Position numbers and translations under genes: made by a program. Shown here in pieces: positions 49,335-63,700 of a stretch of DNA of 64,000 bases. Position 1 is the first letter of the stretch; every line of letters begins with the position of its first letter. This DNA comes from Tubulanus polymorphus (Eukaryota > Animalia > Nemertea). The stretch spans positions 7,414,914-7,478,913 of the forward strand of contig NC_134034.1 of the NCBI RefSeq assembly GCF_964204645.1. The letters are read 5' to 3'. The notes under the pieces were generated by a model, which saw nothing but the letters and a program-made list of their open reading frames with translations, did not search any database and had not been told where the DNA came from.

Positions 49335-50832
49335 TTATTTTCTATCATGTTTACTTGATATTTTTTGATATATCATGTTTACTAACCCAAAAATAATAGC
49401 ACTTACGACTGTAATTAAAAATAAAATAATATGTTCAGCAGCAAAGTTAATAATGTTTCCTGCAGATTTCAATATAAAACCAACAATTGATGCAATAATT
49501 CCTGGTAAAGCTGCGGCAGATTTTTTAGATAGTTCCCATAAATATTTTGCTAATTTCTTTAAACCATCTTTAACTTTATCTTGTGTAGAATTATTATCAT
49601 TCGGGGGTTTATCCGGTTTATTGGGAGTAGGAGTAGATTTCAAAGAATTTGATATTGCTAAACCAATTGTTGTAAATAACATAGTTACAGCTGTTAGAAT
49701 TGAAAGAATTGTTATTCCTTCTAATTTAAATAATAACTTTATTCTATCTTTTAATGATATTTCAGAATTTGGTTTAATCAACAAATCTTTAAAAATAACT
49801 TTTAATCTATTAATATTATAACCATATGATTTTAATAATAATTTAATTTCTTCTTTTTGTAATTCTATGTTATATTCTAAATCATCTTCTTCTTTTTCTA
49901 AACGTAATTCTTTTTGCCTATATTCTATTTCATCAATTACTTGATGATCTAAATCAGACTTTAATTGTTCTATTTCTTTATTTTTATCAGTTAATTCTTT
50001 TTCTAAAGTTCTAATTTTAAAATCTCATACTTTTATCATGCGCAATTTTATCAGATGCAAGTCTCATACTTTTAAATTCTCTAATTGCTTCATCAGAAAA
50101 TATATTATTTAAATCTTCTAATTGTTGATCTGTTGCATCGATTAATCCATTCGGTAAAAGATTTTCAATTGGAACTTTATTTGATTTAATTTTACTAGTT
50201 TTGGAAGTTATATTCTGTTCAGAAGTTGTTTCTGTTTCTGATTTCTTTTTGAATATTTCAAATAATTCATTAATTCTTTGTTTAAATACGTCTATATAAT
50301 CATTAGTTAATTCTTGTTTTAAAACATCAGTTATTACATTACTATTACTTATTCTTTTAATTCTATCTGGTTCTAATTTTTCTTAAGTTGATTCTGATAA
50401 TATTTTGTTTTCACGTTTATAAGTAATATCAATATAATAATCACCTTTCAAATGATAATACCATTTACCATTATCTAAAAATTTTAATTGATCTGCTAAA
50501 AGTCCAACGTCTTCATCATTTATGTTAAGTTTAGAATTTTCAATGATATGTTCTAATTTAGGTATTTTGTTTAAATTATATAAATCTTGTTTTACTAAAT
50601 CTGGGTCTAAATTTTCAGGATTTAATTGTGATTCTGCATTTTTAATATAATCAGGCATATTTAAATTATTATTATATTCTGGCTCATTACCGTCATTAAA
50701 ACTTGTTTCACTAAAATATTCTGGCTCATTACCGTCATTAAAACTTGTTTCACTAAAATCAGGTTGTTGTTCATCAGTTATGCCAGGTTCATCAAAATTA
50801 TCCATTCCAATATCTTCACCTTCTACATCCAT
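49335..50832 (-). pseudogene. Homolog of 6896-8352
   Basis: Same termini, third central variant, small tandem duplication (FSETSFNDGNEPEY x2). Confidence 0.7.
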
Positions 50833-50848
50833 TTATATAATAAAAAAA

Positions 50849-52162
50849 TTAAAATTTAAAGTATAATATTCCTCCGATTACAATTCCTATACAAGTTAAA
50901 GCTAATTTAGTATTTTCATGGGATTTATTATCATCATTTAGTTTAATTATTTCATGTTGAATATTATCAGTTCTAATACTTTCTGATGTATTGTAATCTT
51001 TTATTTTAGAATCATTATTTAATTTAATATTCTTAGTTTTAGTTTCTATTGATTGAATATGTTTTTTATTTTTTTCACCTTCCATTAATTTTGGAGCAGT
51101 AATAATCTTTTTATTTATATCATTCAATCCAAATGAATTATTTTTTGTTGCAGTTTTAATTAGATTATTGTAACCAATTATGTTTCCCATCTTTAATACT
51201 AAATCATTAGAAATAATAAATAGATTAGGGCCTATACAATAATTTAATCTAATATGTGATTTATCTAAATAATTTTTTCTATCTTACAATGTTTTCTGGA
51301 ATCGATCTGTTTTTATCATTATGAATGGAATCTTCAAATAATACTTTGAATTGTTTCTGCGCATCGAATGAAGTGTTATCATTTCCAATTATTGGGGATC
51401 TTTTTTCAACTTGCGCACCTAGAATACATATCAAATAAGTTCTAATAGATTGATTTATTTTTTGTATGCCTGATTTTGTAAAACCTTCACTATTTTCTAA
51501 AATGAAATTAACCCAACCATTATTGTTTTGTTGTTGTATATTATTATAATATTTTGGTAATTCATTCCAATTTAGTGTTCTTTGAATGAATGTCATTATT
51601 TTCCCAAATTCTTTGGTATATAATATTCCTAATCCACCCATTGTTCCAATTTTTGCTCTGAAATCTTTATTTGAATTACATTACATATTTCATAAAACTT
51701 AGAAAAATTAATATTATTATTCAATTCTTTAAAATATTTTGAACCTGGTAAAGGACATTCTAATTCATCTAATATTAATTTTATTTGAAAATAAGTATGA
51801 AATCTAAAAAGTGATAACATCAATGGTAACCTTGGTTTATTTAAATGATCATTCCAACTAATTCCACATCCTGTTGTTGCACAATAAACAGCAAAATTTA
51901 ATTGGTTCTGCCAATACTTCATATTAGATTTTAATAACCATTGTTTTGCCTCATTTAAATTTTTAAAATTAATTCAATACACATGAAATATATTTTCCAT
52001 CTTTACATGAAAATTATTACTTTAAGTAACATAAATATATAAATCAATTAATGAATTTAAAACTTCATTTCTATATGTAATATCTTTATTAAAATCTATT
52101 GCTGGAATATTATATTTAATTGATTTATTATATATGAAAGCTTTTGGAAAACTATCTGCCAT
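50849..52162 (-). pseudogene. Homolog of 5494-6879 (allele shared with 35386-36733)
   Basis: ORF fragments 50849-51190, 51279-51641 and 51629-51922. Confidence 0.75.
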
Positions 52163-52178
52163 TTATATAATTAAAAAA

Positions 52179-54126
52179 TTAATAATTTATTAATTCTTTT
52201 AATAATTTATCTTGTTCTTCAACTGTTATATGGCCATTTAAACTTATTATATAATCTAGTGTATTCTTTAATTTATTAATTTCTTTTATATTAGTTTTAA
52301 TTTTTTCTTTATTACTTTTTATATTTAATTTTGAACTTATACCAGTTAAAACACTTGAACTTAATCCTAATACACCAATTGATATAGCTAAAGGTGTTAA
52401 TGGACTGAATATTGCTAGAAATGTTATTACAGAACTAATTGTAACAGAACCACTTATAATAAGATAATATATAATTTTAGATTTTAAATATTTTTTCTTT
52501 TTAACTTTTATATCATTTTAAAATTCTAATATTTGTTTTTCTAAATATATTTTTAATTTAGTTTTACTGATATCATGAGGAATAATATCAATATTATCAA
52601 CTTTATCTTCCATTTATTTAACAAAAAAAATTACTAATTAGTAAATTTATATGCTACAAATATAACAATAACTGTTCCACCTAAAATCCATATTATTTCA
52701 TATTTCTTCTGTTCATTACTTGGGGTATAATAATCTGATATTGTAGGTTTATGTAGATGTAATTTTTCTTTATTTGTTACCGCGTTATATAAACTCATTG
52801 CATCATCAACTGATTGAAAATCTCTATGTGAAATCTTCTGATCATATAATTCTTTGTTAATATAATCCATATAGTTTTGCCTCTAGAAATGTTATTACGG
52901 AACTAATTGTAACCGAATCACTAATAATAAGATAATATATAATTTTAGATTTTAAATATTTTTTCTTTTCCATCTTTAAGTCACTTTCAAATTCTAATAT
53001 TTGTTTTTCTAAATATATTTTTAATTTAGTTTTATTTATATCATGAGGAATAATATCAATATTATCAACTTTATCTTCCATTTATTTAGAAAAAAAATTA
53101 CTAATTAGTAAACTTATAAGCAACAAATATAACAATAACTGTTCCACCTAAAATCCAAATTATTTCATATTTCTGTTGTTCTTTACTTGGGGTATAATAA
53201 TCTGATATTGTAGGTTTGTATAGATGTAATTTTTCTTTATTGGTAACCGCGTTATATAAACTCACTGCATCATCAACTGATTGAAAATCTCTATGTGAAA
53301 TCTTCTGATCATATAATTCCTTGTTAATATAATCCACATAGTTTTGTCGTTTTTCTCTGTATTCTTCTGCTGCTTTATTGTATTTCTCTAATGCTAAGTT
53401 ATGTCTTCTTTGTTCTCCTAATGAACTATTTTTATCAATATGTTTAAATAAATATCCACCACCTGTAAATGCTAAAGCGTTAACAATTGCCGATCCTATA
53501 ATAGTTATAACTGCAGAAGCCATTTATTTAGTAAAACAATTACGTGTTTATATGGGAGGAATATATTTTTGTTTTTCCAAATAATCAATAGTTAAATTAG
53601 ATAAAGTAACTGCTCATGTTAATTTTAAAATATCAATTATATCAAATCTATCAACATTAACACTTCCCATTTTAAATACTTTTTTTAATACCATTGAATA
53701 ACCAACAATTCCAACTGATAGTAATGCTCCATTTTATAATCCAGTTATTATCCACTTATTATCACTCATTTATTTATCAAACAAATTACTATCTTCAAAA
53801 TATTTAGTTATCTTAGTGATGATTAATTCAACATTTATTTCATTACTAGTTTCATTTGTATATATTTCAATTATTATTTTTTTAATATCATCGATGATAA
53901 AATCTTCATCTAATTCATAAAATCTTAAAGATTCTCTAATTAAATTAGTAATCTTTTCTACATTTAAAGTTTCTTTATCTATTGTTGTTTCATACTCAAA
54001 TGTTGTTTCATTAGAAAATGCAATATTTTTAATATGTGTAATTACATCATTAATGTTAAATTTCATTTCTTTCTCACGTTTAAAATCAAACCCAAAACAT
54101 ATACTCGGTCCAACAGTTATATTCAT
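52179..54126 (-). pseudogene. Small-ORF block with partial duplication of two genes
   Basis: 53770-54126 and 53101-53523 intact; junction near 52882 repeats the two-TM genes. Confidence 0.75.
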
Positions 54127-54142
54127 TTATATAGTGAAAAAA

Positions 54143-55305
54143 TTACTCTCTACATCTTATAACTAATTCATAAATTACAGGAAAGTTATTCAAATCAATT
54201 AAATATCCATTGTGATTTCTTATTTCTAATTTAAAATCATTAAATTGAGGAATACAAGGTTTAAAATCACATTCAGTTAAATTATAATTTATTTGAGTTC
54301 CAAATTGTTTGACATTTTTTAATGGTAAAATATTTAATATACTAGAATTACAAATTGTATCTTTAGTTGCTTCAAATGTTTTTGTAGGATTAATTAAATT
54401 GCAATAAATATAAAAATGTGTGTAAGGTATTAAGTTTGATCTACCTTCTGCGTATGCTGTAACAATATCTGGGTTAATTCCTAACAGTTTACCTAAAGGT
54501 TTTCTTACTGTAAATTTACATTGTCATTAGCTAACCTAATCTTTATTTTATTAGAACTATCACTTTTTAAAATTCTAATACTAAATCCGGAATCACTTCC
54601 TAATTTAGCCTATCTGGATACCTGTTGTCGCAATATAGTGCCTTTAACAACATTGCTTCTTGTAAACCATACTTGATAAAAATATAAACCCGATTACTCT
54701 TAAATCCACAATTTAGAAATATAAACACCATTATATTCGGCCTACAGTACAGCTAAACTGCTGAGCTTGCCTGACTTCCGGGTTCATCAGTGCTCGATTC
54801 ATCGACAGTAACTAAAAATAGATCAGGTGCGCTGCGCTATTTGGTGTAGCATCAGCATTGCGTATCCATACATCTGGGTTATTCCTTAAATTTTAGCAAA
54901 AGGTTTTTTAACTAGAAATTGATGTTGATCTTCATTACCTAATTTTATTCTTATTTTATCAGAGCTATCACTTTTAATCAGTCTTAATCCAAATCCAGCA
55001 GATGCACCCATTTTTAAACGAGCTCTTCTATTAATTTCCTGCGCTAATGTATCTAAATTATATAAACCTGGTTTAAGATAAAGATGAAACCATTTACTTT
55101 TATTTCTATCATGAATTAAAAAGACTCTATGTTCAATAGTTTTATCCGATACATTGTAAAAAGAATTACATAAACTTATATTAACTAATTTTAAATCTAC
55201 ACAATTCTTAAATTCTCTATCTAATTGTACTAGTAAATTATGTGATTTATAATTTGTAAGTGTTCTAGAATCAACAAATATTCTGTATTCTTTTAATTCT
55301 ACCAT
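54143..55305 (-). pseudogene. Minor capsid gene made of two different alleles separated by foreign DNA (~54611-54855)
   Basis: 5' part reads RARLKMGASAGFG; 3' part restarts at AKLGSDSGFS, as in copy 1. Confidence 0.7.
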
Positions 55306-55319
55306 TTATTTTACATATT

Positions 55320-55674
55320 TTATTCAAAATCTATTTCATGGTGCCCTTTTTCATTCTTACCTTTGTTTACGAAATAGAAATCACCAGAACATAATTCTTC
55401 TAGATCTTCACTTGATAATCTATGAAATCTATCTGGTAAATATGTTCTGAATTTATATTTATTTCCTTTTAATCCTTCATATTCTAAGTGCATAACTAAT
55501 TTATCTCCATATTTGTTAATAACTGTAACAATATCTGTAATTAGATATTTCTTATGGATTATTAATTCTTTTAACTTCTTAAATTTATAATCTACTGATT
55601 TGACATTTGAAGTATTTTTTTATTCTATCTAGAAATAATTTGTGGTTCTCACTGTTTGCTTGTTTACTCTCCAT
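55320..55674 (-). pseudogene. Small protein (NKYGDK...TYLPDR), homolog of 12639-12961
   Basis: TAAATG start, frameshift, shared GKNExGHH C-terminus. Confidence 0.55.
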
Positions 55675-55703
55675 TTATAATACATATTTTTATTAAAATT
55701 TGA

Positions 55704-58700
55704 TTAACACGTTAGAATTCTTTTCATAATCTCATTCTCTTTTGTTTCTTCTCTTTTGAACTTTAGATATTCATCTAAATTATAACCATACGCAACTGTA
55801 TGCATTCCATCATCTAAAATATATCTTTTATCGTCAAATGGATTCAAACTAACCTTTTCAATTTCTTCAATAAACATTTCATGATCTTCAGATCTTAAAC
55901 ATCTCATCTTATGTTTTCTAACTTCTTCATTGAATATACAATTGATGTAATCTTTGAAATGAATATTCTTTTCAACAACGCTTTTGGTAATTCCTTTTAA
56001 CTTTTTAGATTCATGAGTTTTAGTTTTATATGAATACATTTTAGATCTCAATCATTTCTTCACCACCTAATTCATCTTTGAATTTACCAGGAACCTTTTT
56101 ATTATCATTGCTAAACAATTCATGATCTTTAGGATAGTTACTGAAATCAAAATGATGTTTTAAAGTTTTTAAATCATCAGTTATGTTATTAGTTTTTATC
56201 TTTAATATGTAACTGTCAGTATTTTTTATGATTAATGGAAATCCACAATTAAATGTACCATCTTCAGTTGTTTAAATCATAAACATATTCTGTAGGATTG
56301 GATATTTCAAATAAATCTCTAGCTTCTTCAGTTAGTTCATTTTCTACATGCGTTAATTGAAATACATTTGGTTTATCTTTTCCAATATTAACTAACATAT
56401 AAAATCCTAATGAATTGCATAATATATTTAATCCTGATATAGCAACTTTTCCTTTTTGTGTCAAAGATAAAGTTTTCTGTTTTGTATAGTTTTTTGAACC
56501 ATCTGCAGCATAAAATCCAATGAAAAACCATTTTCTTAAATCATATTTTGCATTTAATACATAATCTGGAACTATCTTTTCTTTTGTTGAAGTATTCCTT
56601 TTAACTATTGCATGAATATGGAATTCATCATTATATTTAATTGCACAATCTTTAGGGTTATTTACAAGTATAAATTGCTGATGATTTCATATAATCTACG
56701 ATTTTAAATGTTTTATGTGAATAAACTTCTTCACAGTATTTTTAAATTCTTTCTAATAATTTCAAATCTTGATTGCATAAATACCAACAATATTGAGTGC
56801 GGTTAACATAATTATACACACCTGCTGAACCATCTCCCATAAAAAATCCTTTGATAAAATATTCTTTTTCTTCCAATGTTTCGGGTTCTATATTATAAAT
56901 ATTAACAATTGTTTCATCAAATGACATATGATTCATTCTTGGGTAAAATCTTTTTTGTAATAATTCATCTCCAATTTTTTGACGCCTTTTAAAACGTTAC
57001 CATTATGAAACCTAAACAATGTTAACCATTCAGCGTCATTTTACAAACGACAGCCGTAAATCGATGTGCAAAACGTCACAGGTCTATGTGTACACAAACA
57101 AGCTATCTGGCAAAATATTATTGACATAGATGTAGAATGGCTTCCTGTGATTATATAATGACCTATACTTGAACGTCGAAATGTTATATTGCATTGAATA
57201 TCATTAGAAGACGTATCGTAATAGTAAAGGATGTATGATTATATCAGAAGCGGCAGGCATAAATAGAAATGATAAGTAAATCGGATTATTCGGTTAAATG
57301 GCGGATGTATACACGATTTGGAAGTCTGATATAAAAGTCAGACCCTGACGAGGGCATGCAGGTGGAATGACGAAGCTATCTACGATGTGTGTAGGGCCGG
57401 CGTGAATTTCATCAGCGGCTGGCTACAAGCGGTCAATATGAAAATGTGTAAACATATAATTTCAATATTCAAACGTTTTAGAAAATATGTTTGATATTAG
57501 GAGTATGCAGGTTTCGTGAGATTAGCAATTTATAATAGCATAGCTATCATATACGGCTCCGCGTCCTCTGATGGCATGTGTATTAGGTGACAATTCAATT
57601 CTTTATTGATCCTTACATTGAAATTTCGGGATAAAATTCCCAAATTCAATAAATACAAATTTTAAAATAAATTAATACAACATACATGACACACGGGTAA
57701 TTCATACAGAACAACATAAGCATGTTATTTTAAATGACAATGTCTACTTCAACCCACCCAGACTCAAGACTCTAGGATATCGAGTGACAGCCAAACCCCT
57801 GGCCCGGGCCGGCTGGCTAGGCCACACGATATGCTAGAAGTCATGATGAAGCAGACATCAGAAGAGCTCGTTCTTCAACCATGGAGGCAATGAAGTTGCA
57901 GACCAGCTTAGAGGCATAAGTAAATGAAGTCGGTCGCAAGTTCGCGATCAATTATTGAGAATTTTCAATAAAAAAATTTAAACCACTACTAGAGTCGAAG
58001 ACCCGCTGTATCATCTACCCAATCGCCAAATCTCATCATTCCCCAAATTTCTTAAAACTTCGATTTCAAATTTGCAATTCCACATAAGCTTAGCCCAGAA
58101 ATTATACATTTTTTTTCGCAGGCGTCAAATAATTTTCTAAAATTAATTTTCTTGTTATATCAGTTGGTTTTATTACATCACCATTTTGTTTAATTAAACT
58201 ATGATCTTCAGTAACATCAACAAATCCTAATTTAGTTCTTACTCTATAAATCTTTTTATTTGTTTTATGTCTAATAATATTCTTTAATTTTTTCCATCCA
58301 TTTCTTGTCCAAACATCCATTAATTCATTTATTTGTATTAATTCTTTTTCATAATACGAAATATAACATTCATTTTGTTTTGGAATTATTTCTGAATTTC
58401 TTCTTATCAATATTTTATCATTACATTTTAATAATATTGGGGTGTCTGCTGTTACAGAATCAAAATATAAGATTTCTATATGCTTTTCTCCAAAATGAGG
58501 TTGTAATACATTATAATAGAATTCATACATTAATAACTTTGATAATTCTAAAACTGATGCCCCAACATAAATTGGTTTATTAAATTTCATAGAAGTTCTT
58601 CTCATTTTAACTGAAGCTAAATTTTCATCAAATATTCTGTTACCTATAAATTTAGGGTATGTTTGTAAATGTCTAATTCTTTTACCATTACTTACTAACT

Positions 58701-59920
58701 CAATATCATTACTATTTCTAATATTTTCACAAGTCTTACCATAGAATGCATTGTTCATTAACTTGAAGAAATCTTTCTCGAAATCAGTTTTAGCATCAGT
58801 TCTCTGTTTGGTGTTAAAATCTATATATTTTTCTAACCACTTAGATTGACTACATGAAATATATCTATGTACTTTTTTTTAGAACCATTCCTTGGTTCAA
58901 ATAAAACTTTAACATTCTATAATGTACTACATAATTATATTTACCTTCTTGAATTCCATTAACTTTTCTGTATGAATATGATTTTCGGGTTTAATTCTTT
59001 TTTGATAATTTGATAGTTCTTCACGAGTTACAGTTTTATGTTCGGGGCAGTATGCTAGATTTCTAGATTTAAATTTAATATGTTCAGGATATTCTAAATC
59101 TACAACAAAGAAGTAACCTGTATCCGAATCATCTGCAATATCTAGGATTCTTTTCTTCCAATCAAATTTATAATTATTTTCATGTTGTTAAACTTCACTT
59201 ATTTCAAATACTCCATAAGGTTGTGGTTCCATCATTGCCCAACCATACAAATTATTTGCATCTATATATAATAACTTATATCCAGGGTTATCATTTACAT
59301 TGAAATATCTATCGCCTAATACACCTGAAACTCCTCCTCTTATAGATTTTTCAAATAATAATAATTGATCTATATTTGTTAACAAATCCATTTTGATATC
59401 TGTAAATTTTAATCCACAATCCCAAGTTAAACCTGGACTAGAATAACAATGACAAGGATCAATGTTAAAATATTTTAAGTTTACATCTCTAAACCTTTCA
59501 AATATATCGATTTATAATAATACATCTGATTTTAGATATAGATCTACTAATTGTCCATGATTTATTATTTAAAAATGATTCCAAATATTTTTTAATTCAT
59601 CATAGAATTGTTCTTTTAATAATTCAGTTATATTAAAATCATTATGATATTTATAGAAAGAATATGGAATCGCTCCTTTATATCTCATTAATTGGAAATC
59701 ATCATTATTTGGATAGTGTTGTTTTAATATTTTTAATTCATCATCAACTAATGATTTTGATAAATTATCTAATGAACTATTTAAAAATCTATATGAATCT
59801 ATAAATCTTAGGCAACCAAATTGGAATGATATATAATTCTCAGATGTTCTAGCTAACATTTTAAATTTATAAGTTGGTATTTTATCTTTTGATCTATTTG
59901 AATTTAATCTTTCTTTTTCA
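55704..59920 (-). pseudogene. Family A pPolB with intein
   Basis: FIDSYRFL, YIDANNLYGWAM, KLMNNAFYGKT, YFD-[intein]-TDSY, FDDKR. Confidence 0.93.
56221..58458 (-). mobile_element. Second copy of the pPolB intein, with ~1.2-kb foreign insertion (~56978-58155)
   Basis: SVTADTP start, TEDH, FIKGFFMGDGS, FFIGFYAADGS, YVYDL, ends IIKN/T. Confidence 0.92.
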
Positions 59921-60430
59921 TTATATAATGTTCATTATAATATCTTTTATCACTGAATGATTGATTACATGTATCACATTTGTATGTTTCTTTTTCATTT
60001 TTTAATTCATCTAATTTAGTTTCTAATATATCATCTTCATATTCTAATTTCAATTTATTCTCTAAATGTGTTTTAGTTTTATTGTCTTGCTTTTTGGGAT
60101 TTATCTATATTGATTTTACATGTTGAACAGTAGTACTTATTTGTTTCCATTTTAATACTAAATTTTTTTTAAAATTTATTTTACACATTTTATTCATTTA
60201 TATGTTATTCAATGATTTAAATATGAATTATTTACATCACACTTTACTGACACTTTTAATGTTTAAAAATCTAACTCATACAAATATAAATATTGAAATA
60301 TGTTTAAAATATATCTATATATCTATCTATAATGGCTCGTTAATTACTCGTTACATTTTTACTAACACTTTTATATTGAATAATCTATCCATTTATATGT
60401 TATTCATATATGTTTTATTCATGTATATTA

Positions 60431-60713
60431 ATATTTTAAGAGTAATAGGGATAATGGGCTTTCATATCAAAATCATAGTAAAAAATGAAAAATATGAAAA
60501 TAATAATAATTTTAATTTCTATTTTAATTAGGAGTGAAACTCATAAAAAATGAAAAATAAATTCGAGCGTGTGAGAATTATTTTTCATTTTTTATGAGTT
60601 TCGGTACTAATTCAAATAGAAATTGTTATTATTTTCATATTTTTCATTTTTTACTAGCTCGACCTTTCGACCTTTGGTATGAAAGCCCATTATCCCTTTT
60701 ACTACTGAAATAT
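60431..60713. mobile_element. Foldback/MITE-like palindromic element
   Basis: Arms AGGGATAATGGGCTTTCATA... and ...TATGAAAGCCCATTATCCCT around a centre at ~60568. Confidence 0.75.
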
Positions 60714-63700
60714 ATGATAATCATAAAAGTAGTAATGAAATAAATGTTGAAATAATTATAACTAAGTTAACTAAATATTTTGAAGAAGATGATTATTTTA
60801 ATTAATAAATGAGTGATAATAAGTGGATAATAACTGGTTTATATAATGGAGCATTACTATCAGTTGGAACTGTTGGATATACAATGGTATTAAAAAAAGT
60901 ATTTAAAATGGGAAGTGTTAATGTTGATAGATTTGATATCAATGATATCTTAAAATTAACGTTAGCAGTTATTTTATCTAATTTAACTATTGATCATTTA
61001 GAAAAACAAAAATATATTCCTCCTATATAAATGCATAATATTCTGTTAAATAAATGGCATCTGCAATTATAATTATTATAGGATCGGCAATTGTTAACGC
61101 TTTAGCATTTACTGGTGGTGGATATTTATTTAAACATATTGATAAAAATGGTTCATTATCCGAACAAAAAAGACATGACTTAGCATTAGAGAGATATAAT
61201 AAAGCTGCAGAAGAATATAGAGAAAAGAGACAAAACTATATGGATTATATCAATAAAGAATTATATAATCAGATAATTTCACATAGAGATTTTCAATCAG
61301 TCGATGAAGCAATGAGTTTATATAACGCAGTAACAAATAAAGAAAAATTACATCTACATAAACCTACAATATCAGATTATTATACCCCAAGTAATGAACA
61401 GAAGAAATATGAAATAATTTGGATTTTAGGTGAAACAGTTATTGTTATATTTGTGGTATATAAATTTACTAATTAGTAATTTTCTTTTCTAAATAAATGG
61501 ATGATACAGTTGATAATGTTGATATTATTCCTCATAATATAAATAAAACTAAATTAAAATTATATTTGGAAAAACAAATATAAGAATTTGAAAATGATTT
61601 AAAAGTTAAAAAGAAAAAATATTTAAAAAGCAAAATTATATATTATTTTATTATTAGTGGTTCAGTTACAATTAGTTCGGTGATAACATTTTTAGCAATA
61701 TTCCCACCATTAACACCTTTAGCTATCACAAGTGGTGCGCTAGGATTATCATCAAGTGTTTTAACCGAAATAAGTTCAAAATTGAATATAAAAAGTAATT
61801 AAGAAAAAATAAATCTGATATAAAAGAAATTAATAAATTAAAAGATACACTAGATTATATAATTAGTTTAAATGGTAATATAACGATTCAAGAGCAGAAT
61901 AAATTATTAAAAGAATTAATAGATTATTAATTTTTTTTATTTTATAAATGGCAATTAGTTTTCCAAAAGCTTTTCAATATAATAAATCAATTAAATATAA
62001 TATTCCTGCAATAGATTTTAATAAAGATATTCTATATAGAAATGAAGTTTTAGATTCATTAATTAATTGATATATTTATGTTACTGAAACTAATAATTTT
62101 AATGCAAAGATGGAAAATATATTTCATGTATATTTAATTAATTTAAAAAAATTGAAAGATGAAAAACAATGGCTATTAAAATCTAATATGAAGTATTGGC
62201 AGAACCAATTAAATTTTGCAGTTTGTTGTGCAACAACAGGTTGTGGAATTAATTGGAATGATCATTTGAATAATTCTAAGTATAAATTAATTCAAAGTTT
62301 ATTTAGATTCCATACATACTTTCAAAAAAGATTATTATTAAATGAATTAGAGACCCCTTTACCAGGATCTAGATATTTTAAAGAATTAGATAATAACATT
62401 AATTCATCAAAGTTTTATAAAATTTGTAATGAATTTGATATAGATATAAATAATTCCGATTTTAGAACAAAAATTGGAACAATAAGATCAATTCCTTGTC
62501 CTGAAAATATTTTACAATATTGTGCACTTTCCATACCATCTAATAATTTTTATAATATCTATAATAATAAATTAGGTTATGGTAAGATAGAAAACATGGA
62601 TTTAGATACATTAAATTTCAATAAATTACCGAACTTTTATGATCATTTAAAACAAGAAAACAATAATTGTTGGGTTTATTTTATTTTAGAAAATAGTGAA
62701 CGTTTTACTAAATCAGGTATACAAAGAATAAATCAATCAATTAGAACTTATTTGATATGTATTATAGGTGCATAAGTTGAAACAAGATCCCCAATAATTG
62801 GAGATTTAAATACATCATTTGATACACAAAAAATAATTTAAAGTATTATTTGAAGATTAAATTTATAATGATAAAAATAGATCGATTCCAGAAAATATAG
62901 TTAGGTACCAAAATTATTTAGATAAATCTCATGTAAGATTTAATTATTGTATAGGCCCTAATTTATTAATTATTTCTAATGATTTAGTTTTAAAAATGGG
63001 AAATATAATTGGTTATAATAATTTAATTAAGACTGCAACAATAAATAATAAGTTTGGGTTAAATGACATAAATAAAAAGATTATTACTGCTCCAAAACTA
63101 ATGGAAGGTGGAAAAATTAAAAAACATATTCAATCACCAGAAACTTAAACTAAGAATATCAAATTGGATACCGATTCTAAAATAAAAGATTACCATACAT
63201 CAGAAAATATAAAAACTGATATTATTCAACATGATATAATTAAAAGTAATAATGATAATAAATCCCATGAAAATACTAAATTAGCTATAACTTGTATAGG
63301 AATTGTAATAGGAGGAATAATATATTTTTAATTTTAATTTTTATAAGATATGAATGGATGTAGAAGGTGGAGAAGCTTATGAAATGGGAGAAATGGGAAA
63401 TAATAATGACGGATATAATGATGAACCGCAACCTCATTTTAATGAAACTAATATCGATATATGATGATGGATCAGCATATAATTCTAATTTAGCAGATAG
63501 TGGTTCTAAAGCCCCGTCAACAGACGAGTTTGATAAAGAAAACTAGATCGAGAATAAATGCTGAAAACGAAAATCCAGATTTAGTAAAACAAAATTTAGA
63601 AAATAATGAATATTTTTATAATTTCAAACCTATATTTGAAAGATCTGAATATACTATCAATGATAGAGGTGCTAGATATTTAGTTAGATAATTAAAATCT

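Larger units (their letters stand above)
44451..60420 (-). mobile_element. Family A copy on minus strand (mosaic, most complete gene set)
   Basis: pPolB with intein, small ORF, minor capsid, TM ORFs, MCP, integrase, ATPase, two small ORFs. Confidence 0.9.
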
